A stretch of 38,562 nt of DNA from a virus (Duplodnaviria > Caudoviricetes): positions 1 through 38,562 of IMG/VR virus record IMGVR_UViG_3300044723_005851; one strand, given 5' to 3'. The position numbers and the translations under genes are program-made. Shown one piece after another: positions 1-8,345 of this stretch. The notes below the pieces were generated by a model that saw only the letters and a program-made list of their open reading frames with translations, searched no databases and was not told where the DNA came from. Position 1 is the stretch's first letter. Each line of letters opens with the position of its first letter.

Positions 1-160
1 TCCAATTACCACATATACAAATATAAAAAAAAATATTAGATACTTGGAGTATTTGGGTTATATATAGCCTACACGCCAAACACCCCAAACTGAAAACCGA
101 TTTTTTTTCGAGGCGGGGTACATCGTTTCAAATGCTGCATCAGATTTTTTTGCCTTTTTT

Positions 161-281
161 ACCTGCTGTGTTTTCTCTATGTTGTTTCTACCTAGCTGTC
201 TGTGTATACCCTGACTGCATACCTGCATCTCCCCATATGACTAGCTCTTCTTTTCCTCTCCTGCTGTAGCTCCTGCTGTAC
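161..281. repeat. Degenerate short repeats (CCTGCTGT-like) in a non-coding, pyrimidine-skewed left-end region
   Basis: CCTGCTGT at 162, 260 and 272; variants CCTAGCTGT (191), CCTGACTGC (210), CCTGCATC (222); no credible ORF. Confidence 0.45.
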
Positions 282-461
282 CTAACAAAGTAATTAAAAG
301 AACAGAGATGTTCTATAACAACTCGACCATGTAAACCAATGCTAAACAAATCATAGGATTTTACAAAAAAAAATAATCAGCGAAACCATAAGTAAACATT
401 GGGGTTTGCGAAGTAAAGGCAAAGGTAAACGAAATAAAATTTAAAAATTCTTTGTTCAGGA

Positions 462-493
462 TTTGGAATTGTAAATTATTTAGACGAAATTTG
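462..493 (+). promoter_or_regulatory. Bacteroidota sigma-A-type early promoter (near consensus)
   Basis: TTTG (462-465), 20-nt spacer, GAAATTTG (486-493, one mismatch to TAnnTTTG), about 50 nt upstream of ardC. Confidence 0.6.
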
Positions 494-541
494 AACTATA
501 TTAATTAATTAAGTAACACAACACATTAAAATTTATTTATT

Positions 542-1462
542 ATGACTAAGAAAAAATTTGCAGTTGAAAACCTAGTTAAAGAAGCATTGCTTAAAGGACT
601 AGAAGAAAAAGGATTACAATGGTTCAAGCCATGGAAAGCAGGAGTAAATCATGCTCCAATCAACAATGCATCAGGAAGGAGATACAATGGTATCAATGTA
701 TGGATTCTGAATGCTGCGATGCATGACAGAAAGTATACCATTAACGAATGGACAACCTTCAATAATATTACTAGTAGGGGAGGTAAGCTAAAGAAAGGAG
801 CTAAATCTGAGGTGGTTTTCCGTAAAGATATGTTCGTTCTAGATACAGACAAGCGCAAAGCTTATAAGGATGAGGAAACTGCACTAAAGGCAGGAGCTAA
901 TCCTGATGCACTAGAGACAAGATGGAGTCTTAAATACTACCGAGTATTCAATATAACTGATGCAGAAGGTATAGCTCCAAGGAGAGACTACACCACTGAG
1001 AATCCTGAAGTTGAACCAATCCAAGCAGCAGAGGATATCATTGCAGGATATGTGAACAAGCCAAGCATATCTGAGATTGACCAAGGTCGAGCATTCTACA
1101 GACCTGCTACAGATGAGGTGGTGATGCCTAAGAAGGAGCAGTTCTTTAAGGTAGATAACTTCTACAAGGTATTGTTCCATGAGCTAGTACACAGCACAGG
1201 TCATGAGACTAGATTGAAGAGAAAAGGAGTTACAGACATTGATGGTTTCGGTACAGAGCAATATGCTATGGAGGAGCTAATCGCTGAGTCAGGAGCTATG
1301 ATGTTAGCAGGTATGTCAGGAATATGTGATGACTGCGATGATACCAACAGCCAAGCATATGTGAACGGATGGATTAAAGCTATCAAGGAAGCTCCTGCAA
1401 GAGCTATAGATTATGCGATGAGTCAAAGCACAAAAGCTGTAGACCACATCTTGAATCTGTAA
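542..1462 (+). CDS. ardC: ArdC-family antirestriction protein (ArdC-N ssDNA-binding domain + zincin-like metallopeptidase)
   Basis: WFKPW, PINNASGRRYNGIN, WTTFN, LKKGAKS, YYRVFN, AFYRPATDEVVMP, HELVHSTGH.RL.R and YAMEELIAE motifs typical of ArdC/DUF1738 proteins. Confidence 0.9.
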   Translation: MTKKKFAVENLVKEALLKGLEEKGLQWFKPWKAGVNHAPINNASGRRYNGINVWILNAAMHDRKYTINEWTTFNNITSRGGKLKKGAKSEVVFRKDMFVLDTDKRKAYKDEETALKAGANPDALETRWSLKYYRVFNITDAEGIAPRRDYTTENPEVEPIQAAEDIIAGYVNKPSISEIDQGRAFYRPATDEVVMPKKEQFFKVDNFYKVLFHELVHSTGHETRLKRKGVTDIDGFGTEQYAMEELIAESGAMMLAGMSGICDDCDDTNSQAYVNGWIKAIKEAPARAIDYAMSQSTKAVDHILNL

Positions 1463-1476
1463 GACCAACAGACCTA

Positions 1477-1555
1477 GCTACCAACAGCCCGATTCCTGCA
1501 AAGGATAGGGCATTTGGTAGTAGAACTATTTATGTAATTTAAAACTATTTATTAT
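1477..1555 (+). repeat. Hairpin-leader repeat copy 1
   Basis: GCTACCAA/TTGGTAGT lower stem, GCCC/GGGC and TCCT-GCAA-AGGA upper stem, then 34-nt AGAACTATTTATGTAATTTAAAACTATTTATTAT identical to copy 3. Confidence 0.85.
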
Positions 1556-1880
1556 GTCAACAATGAAAGATTTTTTAGCTGAAGATGGATGTATGGCGAT
1601 GAACATCGCATTCTTTAACAGATTCAGAGGTGAGGATTCAGATTTCTATTTTGAAGCAGCAGCAGGAGATTGGTATGCAGGAGTTTTGGAGTGGAGCTTA
1701 CATACCATCAGCGATGTGGAGGAATGCTCTAATCACAAATACCATGGGTATACAATCCATTGGGAAAGTGGAAACAAGACTAGATTGGTTATCCCTAATT
1801 GGGTAATGGACATTCAACCTAATGGATGGAATCATGCCAAGAATATGTTCAACAAATATCTAAGAACTATAGTTGAATAA
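1554..1880 (+). CDS. Hypothetical early protein (108 aa)
   Basis: ORF starts exactly at the end of leader repeat 1; no family recognised. Confidence 0.75.
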   Translation: MSTMKDFLAEDGCMAMNIAFFNRFRGEDSDFYFEAAAGDWYAGVLEWSLHTISDVEECSNHKYHGYTIHWESGNKTRLVIPNWVMDIQPNGWNHAKNMFNKYLRTIVE

Positions 1881-1894
1881 CCAACAGCGCAACA

Positions 1895-1974
1895 GCTACC
1901 AACAGCCTGACATTTAACCGATGTCGGGTATTGGTGGTAGAACTATTTTTTTAATACTTTAAACTATTTATTAT
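1895..1974 (+). repeat. Hairpin-leader repeat copy 2
   Basis: GCTACCAA/TTGGTGGT lower stem, GCCTGACAT/ATGTCGGGT upper stem, then AGAACTATTT...TTTAAACTATTTATTATG. Confidence 0.85.
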
Positions 1975-2581
1975 GAGCTTTACATTAGGACAATTAGTTA
2001 AGACGAAGGAAATCAGATTTGCATCAGGCGAAATCCAATACCCTGAAAAGATAGGAGCTATCGTACGAATGGAGGATGATAGAGTGTTTGTCAAGGGTAT
2101 AAATACTGAGACCAAACAAATGGAGTTATCTATTTGCAGTTACAATCAGATACAGACCATGGAGGTCATGAACAAGATTATAGGTAGAGAGATTCTAGAT
2201 TCCAATCACCATGTTGGAGGTAAAGTTGAATCCTTTTCAGGAGATACCTTTATTACCGAAGAGGGCAGATTTGGAGAGCAGTTATGGTTCAAGCTGAACC
2301 TAGATTCAGGTGACGAAATCATGCTGTCTCATGTATCAATATTAGATTTGCTTCAAGGCAGAGATGCAGGAGCTAGTGGATATCATTTTCTTTCCTTGGG
2401 AAAGGCATCTAAGCAGGATACCATATTCACCTATGATGATTTTGTCGGATGGGAAATGACCGAGCAAACTTTAGGAGCAGCGATGGATGAATATCCATGC
2501 ATTGACCGAGCTAGAAGGTATGCAAGGTGGAACTACAATAGCTACCTGCTAGGAGCTACGATTGAGGAATTGTATTCCTAG
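1973..2581 (+). CDS. Hypothetical early protein (202 aa)
   Basis: ORF starts at the end of leader repeat 2; no family recognised. Confidence 0.75.
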   Translation: MSFTLGQLVKTKEIRFASGEIQYPEKIGAIVRMEDDRVFVKGINTETKQMELSICSYNQIQTMEVMNKIIGREILDSNHHVGGKVESFSGDTFITEEGRFGEQLWFKLNLDSGDEIMLSHVSILDLLQGRDAGASGYHFLSLGKASKQDTIFTYDDFVGWEMTEQTLGAAMDEYPCIDRARRYARWNYNSYLLGATIEELYS

Positions 2582-2609
2582 TGATTCATACATATTAGAT
2601 AAAATAATA

Positions 2610-2641
2610 TTTGTATATGTCTAAATAATGTATTATCTTTG
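2610..2641 (+). promoter_or_regulatory. Bacteroidota sigma-A-type promoter (perfect consensus)
   Basis: TTTG (2610-2613), 20-nt spacer, TATCTTTG (2634-2641), intergenic. Confidence 0.8.
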
Positions 2642-2667
2642 TCTAAAGAAACAACAATTCACCTATA

Positions 2668-2750
2668 GCGATGCCGAGCCTCGATTCCTTTTTGGGATTG
2701 GGGCAGTGGCAGTAGAAGAACTATTTATGTAATTTAAAACTATTTATTAT
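2668..2750 (+). repeat. Hairpin-leader repeat copy 3
   Basis: TGCC/GGCA lower stem, 11-bp GCCTCGATTCC/GGGATTGGGGC upper stem with G-U pairs, then the 34-nt tract identical to copy 1 (2717-2750). Confidence 0.85.
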
Positions 2751-2751
2751 C

Positions 2752-3825
2752 ATGGATTACAGAATCACATACTTTGAACTTGAATTTATTAGACATGATT
2801 ATTCAAGCAGGACTCAACAACAAATCAGCACGATGGGTTGCGTAGATGAAGAGAACCGAATCCACAAACATCTAGTAGAAAAAGGATTCTTCCGTTCAGA
2901 ATCTGATGCCGACAAATTTGCTGCTGACCTAGATGAACTAATATTAAATAAGCTGAAGGGAAGAAGAGATAATTCCAATTTCAATCAAAAGCTTTGGGAT
3001 TTCATTAAAGATACCGATGTCAAAGACAACAGAGCTGACAGCTATCCTGAAGTATGCAATGGAAAATTGGATAGATGGCTAAATCTCAATGGTGAATCAG
3101 TTCCTGAGATTGAATTGGTTACCAAGAAATCTAATAACATAGAAATTAAAATCAATCTAGCATCTTTAGATGTTAATGACAATTATGCTTCCATAAATTA
3201 TGTGCGTGATACAAATGGTTGGATATCATGGAATCTAACTCTAACACTGAAAGGAGAGGAGATTGAAGAGCCAACACATATGGTAGTGTTAAGATATCTA
3301 AGGGGAGGAGATTACAGCAAAAGAGAAATAGAGAAGATATCCTTTGGTAAGAGTAATATTAGCAATCTAAAATATAAAGATGGCAAGATTGTCTCAGGAT
3401 ACTTTTTTGATTTCGGATTCATGGATAAGCACAGACCCGTTAAGTTCAGTACATTCATGTCCTACAAAAGAGAGCATGACCATTGGACAATGAATCGTTG
3501 GAATCATCGAGATTCAGACCTTGTAAATCTAGAAAACAACAAGCGTAAGATTGCTGATTTATTTGCTAAGAATGTTGGAGAGCTAGAGCCAATAAGCTTC
3601 TACAAATCTGATTATGATGAGCTTACTACAAAAGCTAATATGCCTAACGATAATGAGGATGCAATAAAGGTATCGTTTGAGAATGATTCTTATGTGATAT
3701 TTAGTAAGACAAAATTAAAGAGGTCAGACATTTCCATTAACGATGCATGGATTGGAGCTTACGATTCCACAGCAGTTAAAGATAGTTTATCAGACATTAA
3801 AAATAAGTTTTTATGTACGAAATAG
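2752..3825 (+). CDS. Hypothetical early protein (357 aa)
   Basis: Long ORF following leader repeat 3; no family recognised. Confidence 0.8.
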   Translation: MDYRITYFELEFIRHDYSSRTQQQISTMGCVDEENRIHKHLVEKGFFRSESDADKFAADLDELILNKLKGRRDNSNFNQKLWDFIKDTDVKDNRADSYPEVCNGKLDRWLNLNGESVPEIELVTKKSNNIEIKINLASLDVNDNYASINYVRDTNGWISWNLTLTLKGEEIEEPTHMVVLRYLRGGDYSKREIEKISFGKSNISNLKYKDGKIVSGYFFDFGFMDKHRPVKFSTFMSYKREHDHWTMNRWNHRDSDLVNLENNKRKIADLFAKNVGELEPISFYKSDYDELTTKANMPNDNEDAIKVSFENDSYVIFSKTKLKRSDISINDAWIGAYDSTAVKDSLSDIKNKFLCTK

Positions 3826-3965
3826 TAGAGATAGTTGGTGACGATTTCAAATCTGTTATCGTCATCGACAATCTTGTCATGGCAAGACAAGAGCTAAGAG
3901 AAATTTCAAAACAAAACCCTAACAAAGAGTATGCTTTGCTCGATGAGATGGGATTAAAAAAATAA
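3813..3965 (+). CDS. Small hypothetical protein (50 aa, MYEIVEIVGDDFKSVIV...EMGLKK), absent from ORF track
   Basis: Translated by hand; ATG overlaps end of upstream gene and TAA ends 5 nt before next ATG, filling the gap exactly. Confidence 0.65.
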   Translation: MYEIVEIVGDDFKSVIVIDNLVMARQELREISKQNPNKEYALLDEMGLKK

Positions 3966-3970
3966 TTAAA

Positions 3971-4411
3971 ATGAGACTAATTGTAACACAGGTGTTTCAA
4001 ATCGAGGAACATCCAAACCGAGAAAAATGCTATGAATGGATTCGTTCTAATTGGCATGACCTGAATCAACATAGCTTACATGAACTAGAAGACAGCATCA
4101 AGGCATTGTCCGAAGTGATTGGTGGAACATATGACTATTCCATCTCTCAAGTACCCTGTAGAGGGGAGCATATTACCTTTAAAGGTTATGACCAAACCAT
4201 TCTTGAGAGCTTGGACGCTGAATCCGACCCCTTGACGGGTGTGTATTGGGATTGCAACCTGATTGAAGGATTGAGAGAAGGCAATCCGAGAAAGGTTTTG
4301 GACAATCTTCACGATGAAACTGAATATGCGTATTCAGATGAAGGGTTGTTTGAGTTATGTCAACAGGAAAAGTATGAGTTTAACAAAAACGGAAAAAAAA
4401 TAACATTATGA
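3971..4411 (+). CDS. Hypothetical acidic early phage protein
   Basis: ORF with A-rich start context; C-terminal EY.YSDE.....C....YEF...G pattern recalled from other phage early proteins. Confidence 0.7.
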   Translation: MRLIVTQVFQIEEHPNREKCYEWIRSNWHDLNQHSLHELEDSIKALSEVIGGTYDYSISQVPCRGEHITFKGYDQTILESLDAESDPLTGVYWDCNLIEGLREGNPRKVLDNLHDETEYAYSDEGLFELCQQEKYEFNKNGKKITL

Positions 4412-5061
4412 GAAACAAAAGATTCATAGTGTCAATCATCATCACACTATTATTATCATCGTGTGCAAGGGATTTAGAACTTCCCTATGATACCGTCAGG
4501 GACTTAAAGTCTTACGATACAGACCTTGAGGATATGCTGAAGGATGGAACGGAGGATTGGATTCAGGGAAACCTGCCTGACCTTAAACCATTTCAAGAGC
4601 AGTTTCTGAATGAGATTCTAGTACCTGCATTAGCAGAGGAGTTGAAGTGGGGATTACCCATGGAGGTAATGACTGCCCAAGCCATTCTTGAGAGTGGTTG
4701 GGGCAGGTCAAAACTTGCCAAGGAATACCACAATTACTTTGGCATCAAGGAGTACCGAAAGGGAAGGGAAGGTGTTAATTATTATTCCGATGAATACGAG
4801 AAGGGTAAAAGGGTATCTCGAAAGAGCAGGTTTAGAGCTTACGAATGTGCAGAACTATGCTTCGCTGATAGGAGCGAATGGTTCTTAGCCAACAGCAGGT
4901 ATCAAGACCTTGACTTCAGGGAGCTAGACTGCTATGAGTTTGCAGCAGAACTACAGAAGCGTGGATATGCTACAGATATACACTACACTAAAAGTCTATT
5001 GAGGATAATAGATGAGTACAAGCTAAAAGAATTTGCCGATTGGATAAAAAGAAGCATATAA
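4408..5061 (+). CDS. GH73 (FlgJ/glucosaminidase-like) peptidoglycan hydrolase with N-terminal lipoprotein signal peptide
   Basis: AQAILESGWG (catalytic Glu), NYFGIK, FRAY and GYATD..Y motifs; N-terminus MRNKRFIVSIIITLLLSS-C fits a lipobox. Confidence 0.88.
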   Translation: MRNKRFIVSIIITLLLSSCARDLELPYDTVRDLKSYDTDLEDMLKDGTEDWIQGNLPDLKPFQEQFLNEILVPALAEELKWGLPMEVMTAQAILESGWGRSKLAKEYHNYFGIKEYRKGREGVNYYSDEYEKGKRVSRKSRFRAYECAELCFADRSEWFLANSRYQDLDFRELDCYEFAAELQKRGYATDIHYTKSLLRIIDEYKLKEFADWIKRSI

Positions 5062-5064
5062 AAA

Positions 5065-5096
5065 TTAGGAATTGTAAATTATTTAGATTAAATTTA
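5065..5096 (+). promoter_or_regulatory. Bacteroidota-type promoter variant, paralogous to the ardC promoter
   Basis: TTAG, 20 nt, TAAATTTA; GGAATTGTAAATTATTTAGA (5068-5087) is identical to 465-484. Confidence 0.6.
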
Positions 5097-5126
5097 TACA
5101 AACATTATAAAACAATACCAACGACA

Positions 5127-5327
5127 ATGAATAAAAAGAATTTAAAACATCAAAGCCTACACGATAAGCTTCAGGAAGCTAAGAAGTTGATGGAGCTTAT
5201 CGAACAGAAGGAGTGGCAGTTAAACGAAATGCGTGAGCGTTTATCTTACTGCATCCATTTCTGTATTGGATATGTAGAGCAGAATGAAAAGTCAGAAAAA
5301 TTATTAGAACAATTAAAATTAAAATAA
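5127..5327 (+). CDS. Hypothetical coiled-coil protein (start revised from 5040 to ATG 5127)
   Basis: The longer start would span the promoter; heptad-like Leu/Glu/Lys pattern; TAATG coupling to next gene. Confidence 0.6.
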   Translation: MNKKNLKHQSLHDKLQEAKKLMELIEQKEWQLNEMRERLSYCIHFCIGYVEQNEKSEKLLEQLKLK

Positions 5328-5578
5328 TGGATTTAAATCGTATGGCTGCATCATTTTTTTTATGTGGCGACAACATTAGCGAAGACCTACACAAATTATG
5401 TGAGGCTGCCGACAATCAGGCAGCAATCCCTGAAGATGTAATTGTATGGTATCCTTTTGAGAATGAGAATGCCGAGACTCTAGAAGAGTACATCTTTAAC
5501 CTAGAGCAGATGCTTATGGAGGTAAGATACAAAACAATTTCTCAAATGAGACTTGATAAAAAGATTAATCATGAGTGA
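5327..5578 (+). CDS. Hypothetical small acidic protein
   Basis: Translationally coupled ORF in dense operon. Confidence 0.65.
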   Translation: MDLNRMAASFFLCGDNISEDLHKLCEAADNQAAIPEDVIVWYPFENENAETLEEYIFNLEQMLMEVRYKTISQMRLDKKINHE

Positions 5579-5849
5579 ATTTATTAAGATACCAATATTC
5601 TATACAATCAATGAGCTTGATGGACAAGTTCTAGATGTAGAATCTATGACTGATTATTTCAACACAGAAATCAATGAGCTGAAAGAGAAGGATAGCTTTG
5701 AAAACACAAGGGATTATGCAGGTAGCCTGACAGCAGCAGAGATTGGTGCTATGGTTCTAAATCTAAAGATGGATGGTGGAGACATAATAACCATTCAAAG
5801 ACTACAAAAAATTTACGATAAAAAAATCAAATCAATTAATCATGAGTAA
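5571..5849 (+). CDS. Hypothetical small protein (start revised to ATG 5571)
   Basis: ATG in TTAATCATGAGT junction also seen at 5842. Confidence 0.65.
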   Translation: MSEFIKIPIFYTINELDGQVLDVESMTDYFNTEINELKEKDSFENTRDYAGSLTAAEIGAMVLNLKMDGGDIITIQRLQKIYDKKIKSINHE

Positions 5850-6081
5850 AAAAGACAAGGTATTAAAAATGATAAGACTTCTAGACGATGCACTAGGAGT
5901 GTATACTTCACTAGCTGAGATGGGTATTAATTCTATGAAGGCTACCAAAGACCTGCTTGAAGTCCTGATGGATGGTGAAGAATCCGAAGTGGCAACACTA
6001 ACAAAAGAAACTTTCAATAGAGAATGTCAGAGGATGGCTGAAGCTGTGATTTCTTTGATGGAATTTGATGAGGAAGTTTAG
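5842..6081 (+). CDS. Hypothetical small acidic protein
   Basis: Coupled ORF, helical composition. Confidence 0.65.
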   Translation: MSKKDKVLKMIRLLDDALGVYTSLAEMGINSMKATKDLLEVLMDGEESEVATLTKETFNRECQRMAEAVISLMEFDEEV

Positions 6082-6087
6082 AAAAAA

Positions 6088-6119
6088 ATTGTTAATTAAA
6101 TAAACATTTTGTAACTTTA
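6088..6119 (+). promoter_or_regulatory. Bacteroidota-type promoter (near consensus)
   Basis: ATTG, 20 nt, TAACTTTA in intergenic gap. Confidence 0.55.
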
Positions 6120-6135
6120 TTAAAACACTACAAAC

Positions 6136-6345
6136 ATGGGAAGAATGAAAGAACTTTGGATATCTCAGCAGGAGGTATCCAACAATCATCAAGACGATGA
6201 CTATCAATACCAAGAGTGGGTGTCTCAGCAGGAGGAAACTACGGAATCAAATAATAATGAATCGGCAGATTGGTTAGACGAGCTATTTAAAATACTAGGA
6301 GAGCCATACTGCCCTAAATCTAATACTAATGCTAGTGAAAAGTGA
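6136..6345 (+). CDS. Small acidic hypothetical protein
   Basis: MGRMKELW start; D/E/Q/N-rich; internal W.SQQE duplication. Confidence 0.65.
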   Translation: MGRMKELWISQQEVSNNHQDDDYQYQEWVSQQEETTESNNNESADWLDELFKILGEPYCPKSNTNASEK

Positions 6346-6631
6346 AATATTTAATATGTACGCAGAGCAGGTAGCCGAGATGTACGAAATCAAGAAAAAA
6401 GATTTGTTCAAAAAGACTAAGAAAAGAATGGTAGTGGATGCAAGGCATTTGCTTTACTATCTGTCTAAGACTAGACCTATGAGGTTAACACACATTAAAT
6501 ACGAAATGGAAAAGAACGGATATGAAATCGCTCATTCAAGTATCATCCATGGTATAAAAATGGTGGAGCAAAAAATAAAAGAGGATAGAGACTACAAGAA
6601 AGTAATAAAATCTATTCGTGCAAAAGTATAG
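6329..6631 (+). CDS. DnaA domain IV-like helix-turn-helix DNA-binding protein
   Basis: K.K.R.VVDARH..YYL and HSSIIHG..V pattern resembles DnaA C-terminal R..AMYL...HTTV.H motif. Confidence 0.65.
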   Translation: MLVKSEIFNMYAEQVAEMYEIKKKDLFKKTKKRMVVDARHLLYYLSKTRPMRLTHIKYEMEKNGYEIAHSSIIHGIKMVEQKIKEDRDYKKVIKSIRAKV

Positions 6632-7043
6632 CTTAAAAGAAATATGGTCGATGGCTAAAGAGGATAACTACGCTGCTGCCCTAGATTTTCAAGGGCATGA
6701 AGCTAGGTTATGCTATGGAATAAAGATAGTGTACGACATCTCCACAGAAACCATTACGCTATTTAATACTGCCAAAGGTGGAGATTTTTATAAGGAGCTT
6801 TCTAAAGATGAGCTTGATACATTTAAGGCATATGGTTGGAGAGCAGGGGTATATCTTACAGCTCTTGATACAATCACAGAAAAGTTAGACCATCTTAAAG
6901 TAAAGATTCAGCACGAAATAGGTGCAAAGAATCGGCACAAACAGATAAAGATGTACAAGGCAACGAGAGAAAACTTTTTAGACAGCTATAGAAAAATTAA
7001 ATCTAAATTAAATCAATTAAATCATGAAGTTAAAGACCGTTAA
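6618..7043 (+). CDS. Hypothetical protein
   Basis: ORF overlapping both neighbours, GTG start. Confidence 0.65.
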   Translation: MQKYSLKEIWSMAKEDNYAAALDFQGHEARLCYGIKIVYDISTETITLFNTAKGGDFYKELSKDELDTFKAYGWRAGVYLTALDTITEKLDHLKVKIQHEIGAKNRHKQIKMYKATRENFLDSYRKIKSKLNQLNHEVKDR

Positions 7044-7554
7044 TATTAAAGGCAAGGAGTATGTAGAGGTAAACGAAAGGTTAAGATATTTTAGAAGTGC
7101 ATACCCAAACTATTCTCTCACATCAGAAGTGGTAGAAAAAACAGATTCATCAATCCTTATTCTAGCATCAATTATAGATGAGGATGGCAGAGTATTAGCC
7201 AATGGATTGGCAGAAGAAGAAAAGGGTTCTACCTTTATTAATAAAACATCCTATGTGGAAAACTGCGAGACATCAGCATGGGGTAGAGCTTTGGCTAACT
7301 TTGGCATAGGTCTTGATACATCGGTGGCAAGTGCTGAAGAGGTGCATAATGCTATCGTAAATCAAAGCACATCATCACAGACAAATAAGAATCTATTAAC
7401 CCTAAAGGTTGATGATGATAATTGGAAGAAGGTGTTGACCTTTGTGGCAGCAAATAAATCTAAAGGACTGCCATGGATTTCCGAGCAGCTAAAGGTTAAG
7501 TACAAGCCATTGTCTAAGCAAGTTCAAGCCGAGCTTAAAAAACATATAGCGTAA
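7024..7554 (+). CDS. Putative single-strand annealing recombinase (Rad52/Sak-like)
   Basis: IKGKEYVEVNERL and ENCETSAWGRALA..GIG motifs; lies directly upstream of exonuclease and SSB-like gene. Confidence 0.65.
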   Translation: MKLKTVNIKGKEYVEVNERLRYFRSAYPNYSLTSEVVEKTDSSILILASIIDEDGRVLANGLAEEEKGSTFINKTSYVENCETSAWGRALANFGIGLDTSVASAEEVHNAIVNQSTSSQTNKNLLTLKVDDDNWKKVLTFVAANKSKGLPWISEQLKVKYKPLSKQVQAELKKHIA

Positions 7555-8300
7555 TGGATAGGAAGGTAACAGAGAAAGTTCTGAATCTTCTCAAGGATGA
7601 TTCCGAATACTATGCAGGGTTAGGTAAGCAGTTCTTATCTAACTCAGACATAGGAACTTTATTTAAAAACCCTAAGAGATTCGGCATTGGATTAGATGAG
7701 AACAAGACTCTTATTATGGGTAGATATTTCCATACTAAAATCCTAGAACCTGAGAAGCTAGATGAGTTTCATATATATTCAGGAGCTGTCAGGAGAGGGA
7801 AGGTATACGAGGATTTCCTTGCCGAGCATCAGATATCTTTTTGCCTATTGGAATCTGAGCAGCACCAAGTAGATGAATGGGTAGATACCATGATGTCACA
7901 CATAGATTTCCATGACCTGATTAGGGAGGAAGGCAATCAATATGAAGAACCCATGGTAAAAGAAATCCATGGGGAGCTATGGAAAGGCAAGGCAGATATC
8001 ATTGGTAAAGATTTTGTATATGACCTAAAGACAAGTGGAGATATATTATCCTTTAAGAATAGTGTATACAAGTTTAACTACGATTCTCAGGCATACATAT
8101 ACCAACAGCTATTTGGAAAGCCATTGAAGTTCTTGGTTATAGATAAGAATACATTGATGATGGGTATGTATCAGCTATCAGATGAGGTTTTAGCAAGAGG
8201 TGAAGGCAAGGTGAAGAAGGCTGTTGAAATATACCGAAAGTTTTTTGGGGAGCATCCCACAGAAGATGTAAACCAATTTTATTACAATGAAATCATATAG
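7554..8300 (+). CDS. RecE/DUF3799-like PD-(D/E)xK exonuclease
   Basis: LSNSDI, G..FH..ILEP, KGKAD...DLKT and YDSQAYIY motifs. Confidence 0.82.
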   Translation: MDRKVTEKVLNLLKDDSEYYAGLGKQFLSNSDIGTLFKNPKRFGIGLDENKTLIMGRYFHTKILEPEKLDEFHIYSGAVRRGKVYEDFLAEHQISFCLLESEQHQVDEWVDTMMSHIDFHDLIREEGNQYEEPMVKEIHGELWKGKADIIGKDFVYDLKTSGDILSFKNSVYKFNYDSQAYIYQQLFGKPLKFLVIDKNTLMMGMYQLSDEVLARGEGKVKKAVEIYRKFFGEHPTEDVNQFYYNEII

Positions 8301-8345
8301 TTTTAGTAAATAAATAGTTCTATTTTATCATTTAAAAATTTAATT

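Noticed and set aside
1477-2750. Early repeats as a CRISPR array or integron attC sites
   Set aside because: Repeats are separated by whole genes, there is no cas or integrase gene, no GTTRRRY core, and G-U-rich pairing points to RNA structure
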